A DNA stretch of 21,534 bases. Source: Octopus sinensis (Eukaryota). Made by a program: the position numbers and the translations under genes. Below the pieces are notes generated by a model that saw only the letters and a list, made by a program, of their open reading frames with translations, was not told the DNA's origin and searched no databases. Shown here one piece after another: positions 18,590 through 21,534 of this stretch (position 1 is its first letter; every line of letters begins with the position of its first letter). Location: positions 1-21,534 of the forward strand of contig NW_021823713.1 in the NCBI RefSeq assembly GCF_006345805.1, written 5' to 3'.

Positions 18590-18925
18590 AATAGATAGAC
18601 ACACACACACACACACACACACAGATGCACACGACCATACACACTCGCACGCGCGTACACACACGCGCGCATGCATGCAGACACATACACGCAGGTGCAC
18701 ACAGGTGCACACACGTACATACACACATAAGAACACCCTCTCACACACACATATGTATGTATGCATGCGACCGTCTGTGCACATATATATTAGAATATAT
18801 ATATATACATATATGCACACGCACAAAAATGAGTATATATATTAAATATTTATATATATATAAATGTACGTGGTGCGTATATGTATGATATATGCATATA
18901 TATGTGTAAAATTATATATTATACT

Positions 18926-18991
<66 letters not shown>

Positions 18992-19075
18992 GTATATATA
19001 TAATATATATATATATATATAATATGTCTATATATATATATATTATATATATACATGCACACACACAGAGAGAAA
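18590..19075. repeat. (CA)n / (TA)n compound microsatellite
   Basis: Direct inspection. Confidence 0.88.
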
Positions 19076-19668
19076 TACACGTTTATGTTTATACATATTC
19101 ATATGAAATATTTATGTTCGTATATAAGTGGGTGTATAGATACGAGTGCGTATAAACGTACTTGTATGTAACTCCACACATACAATCTCTGTGTCTCTGC
19201 CTGCCTGCCTGCCTGTCTGCCAGTCTCTCTCTCTCTCTCACCCAACACACACACACACACACACACACACACCACACAACATACACACATAGATATACAC
19301 GTGCTTCCAAGCTAAGGGAACTTACGTGAAATTCATGGTACACAAATAATTAGGCTGTCAGGTTTTGACAGTTTCAGATAACCCCCCCCCCTCCGCCGCT
19401 GCTCTTTTATCATATATAGGATTATTATCTAACATCTATTTGAAATTTTGGGTTTTTCGCAAATTGAAGTGTAACTCTGGATCCAGTTGAAGGACTGAGG
19501 ATCTTCAGACAGAAATTCGTGACTACGCCTATAATATATATATACGTATGCATCTATTTATATGAATAGATATATATGTCTATACATATGTCTATATACA
19601 TGGTATATATATATATAATATATACATACACACACACACAGATACACATGGTATATGCATATATACAT

Positions 19669-19875
19669 GGCGAGCTAGGCGAAATGCTAGCGGTATTTCA
19701 TCTGCCGCTGCGCTCAGAGTTCAAATTCCGCCGAGGTCGACTTTGCCTTTCATCGTTTCGGGGTCGATAAATTAAGTACCAGTCACGCACTGGGACGATG
19801 TAATCGACTTAATCACTTTGTATGTCCTTGTTTGTCCCCCTCTATGTTTAGCCCCCTGTGAGCAATAAAGAAATA
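19669..19875 (+). mobile_element. SINE monomer (tail A) with the A-box region deleted, inserted in a TA/CA microsatellite
   Basis: GGCGAGCTAGGCGAAATGC...GAGTTCAAATTCCGCCGAGGTCGAC...AATAAAGAAATA. ATATATACAT on both sides is a possible TSD. Confidence 0.85.
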
Positions 19876-20015
19876 TATATATATATATATACATACATAC
19901 ATACACTTACATATAAATATGTATTATATATATATATATATATATACATACACACATATAAACATGTGTTATATATATATATATATATACGTACATACAT
20001 ACATACATACATACA

Positions 20016-20051
<36 letters not shown>

Positions 20052-20070
20052 TATACATATATTTATGTAT
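19876..20070. repeat. (TA)n/(TACA)n microsatellite
   Basis: Direct inspection. Confidence 0.88.
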
Positions 20071-20749
20071 GTATATACTTTTACATGTGCGTGCGTATTT
20101 TCTCACCTACATGCCCATTCATATTCACTTGTACACACATGCCTACACGTGTACCAGCCCCCATTGCGTGCTCATGGACACAAAGAGAGAGCTCTTGGCA
20201 ATCGTCCTACAGCCAGTCAGACATACGTACACTAATACAGTAACATTGAATATATACATATATACAACGTACTGAATCTAGTTCTCGTAAACTAAATATG
20301 ACGTCACAGACGGTGTATTGAAGTGAAACTAAAACAGCCTAAACAGAATTCAATAAAACATTCTTCCCTTCGATTTTCTAGGAATTAGGTTAAGACTTCA
20401 ATGAATACTGGTTCGTTTCCATTTGTAGTATATACTAACACGACCGCTATTTAAATTTTCTTTTAATCTGTTTTTTATTTTTTTCTCAAACAATTTTGTT
20501 ATATTTTATTTCGTTTTAAATTTGTTTCTTTTTTATTCTGCTAAGCCATCGAACTCTTTAACCATCTGAAATAAAAAATAAAAAATTGTCTATTTAACGT
20601 ACATGCTAATAAGCTGGATGGTTTGCAAATTTAGCTAGCACGTCTGTTATAATAGATGGAAAGATATATGGATGGATAGATTCGAGAATATGTAGTAAAT
20701 TAAATAGGTGGCTAGATAATACATCGACAGACAGTAAGACAATTATATA

Positions 20750-20754
<5 letters not shown>

Positions 20755-20808
<54 letters not shown>
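20755..20808. repeat. (GA)n microsatellite
   Basis: Direct inspection. Confidence 0.95.
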
Positions 20809-20812
<4 letters not shown>

Positions 20813-21046
20813 CGGCAGAAATGTAGATTCTTAGACAATTAGATACAAGAGAAGAGGGAGATTAAAATGAAATGATTAATAGATGTAGGTGGGATCATGG
20901 GTAACAAAGCGAGATCGATACTTATTACTGTATTTATGAAATAGCCTCAGGCATAAAGTTCCGACTAAACAGGGTTTTTTACTCCACCATATACAGCACC
21001 ACTGTTACATTGCAGACCATTATAAATCAAATTGAAGGTTATCAGT

Positions 21047-21053
21047 CTATCTC

Positions 21054-21151
<98 letters not shown>

Positions 21152-21156
21152 TTAAC

Positions 21157-21232
<76 letters not shown>

Positions 21233-21330
21233 TTGTCTGTCTATTTGTCTGTCTGTTTAGATATCTCTTCTCTCTCTCTCTTCTCTCTGTCTCTGTCTCT
21301 CTCTCTCTCTCTTTCTCTCTCTCTCGCTCT
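21047..21330. repeat. (TATC)n / (TGTC)n / (TC)n microsatellite block
   Basis: Direct inspection. Confidence 0.92.
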
Positions 21331-21491
21331 TTAATTTTCAGACTTCTTACCTTTGTACCTTTCAGAATACCTGCCTGTTCATTTCCTCTATCACACTATA
21401 AGTATTATATATGAGAGTGTGTTTGTATTGTTACACACCACCACACACACACACACACACAAACACACCCACAACACACACATACATATAT

Positions 21492-21534
<43 letters not shown>

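Noticed and set aside
19496-19525. CTGAGGA...GAAA hammerhead-like motif
   Set aside because: Stem II is not closed properly, and there is no stem I/III pairing or cleavage triplet.
20299-20306. Perfect CRE palindrome TGACGTCA
   Set aside because: An isolated 8-mer with no accompanying promoter motifs; plausible by chance.

Overview
AT-rich, microsatellite-dense eukaryotic non-coding DNA. The SINE families and repeat landscape look like Octopus/coleoid cephalopod; this is recognition from memory, not a database search. No host protein-coding gene can be established. The main feature is an apparently full-length CR1-group LINE on the minus strand (about 1409-6105). Its ORF2 encodes AP endonuclease plus reverse transcriptase. 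Its ORF1 can be rebuilt with an N-terminal Myb/SANT(trihelix)-like domain and a CCCH zinc finger. A higher-order tandem array lies directly 5' of ORF1. Both ORFs are broken only by single-base-scale frameshifts, with no in-frame stops. Also present: an internally deleted Dong/R4 LINE, a decayed RTE 3' fragment, a cluster of tRNA-derived SINEs (a TSD-flanked head-to-tail trimer and a tail-to-tail foldback pair), a pre-miRNA-shaped hairpin at the centre of a 141-bp decayed palindrome, two hammerhead-like Penelope-type remnants, a promoter-like motif cluster (CRE-like, CCAAT, RFX X-box, ETS) and a 150-bp minisatellite. Most ORFs in the supplied track are microsatellite read-throughs or antisense shadows.
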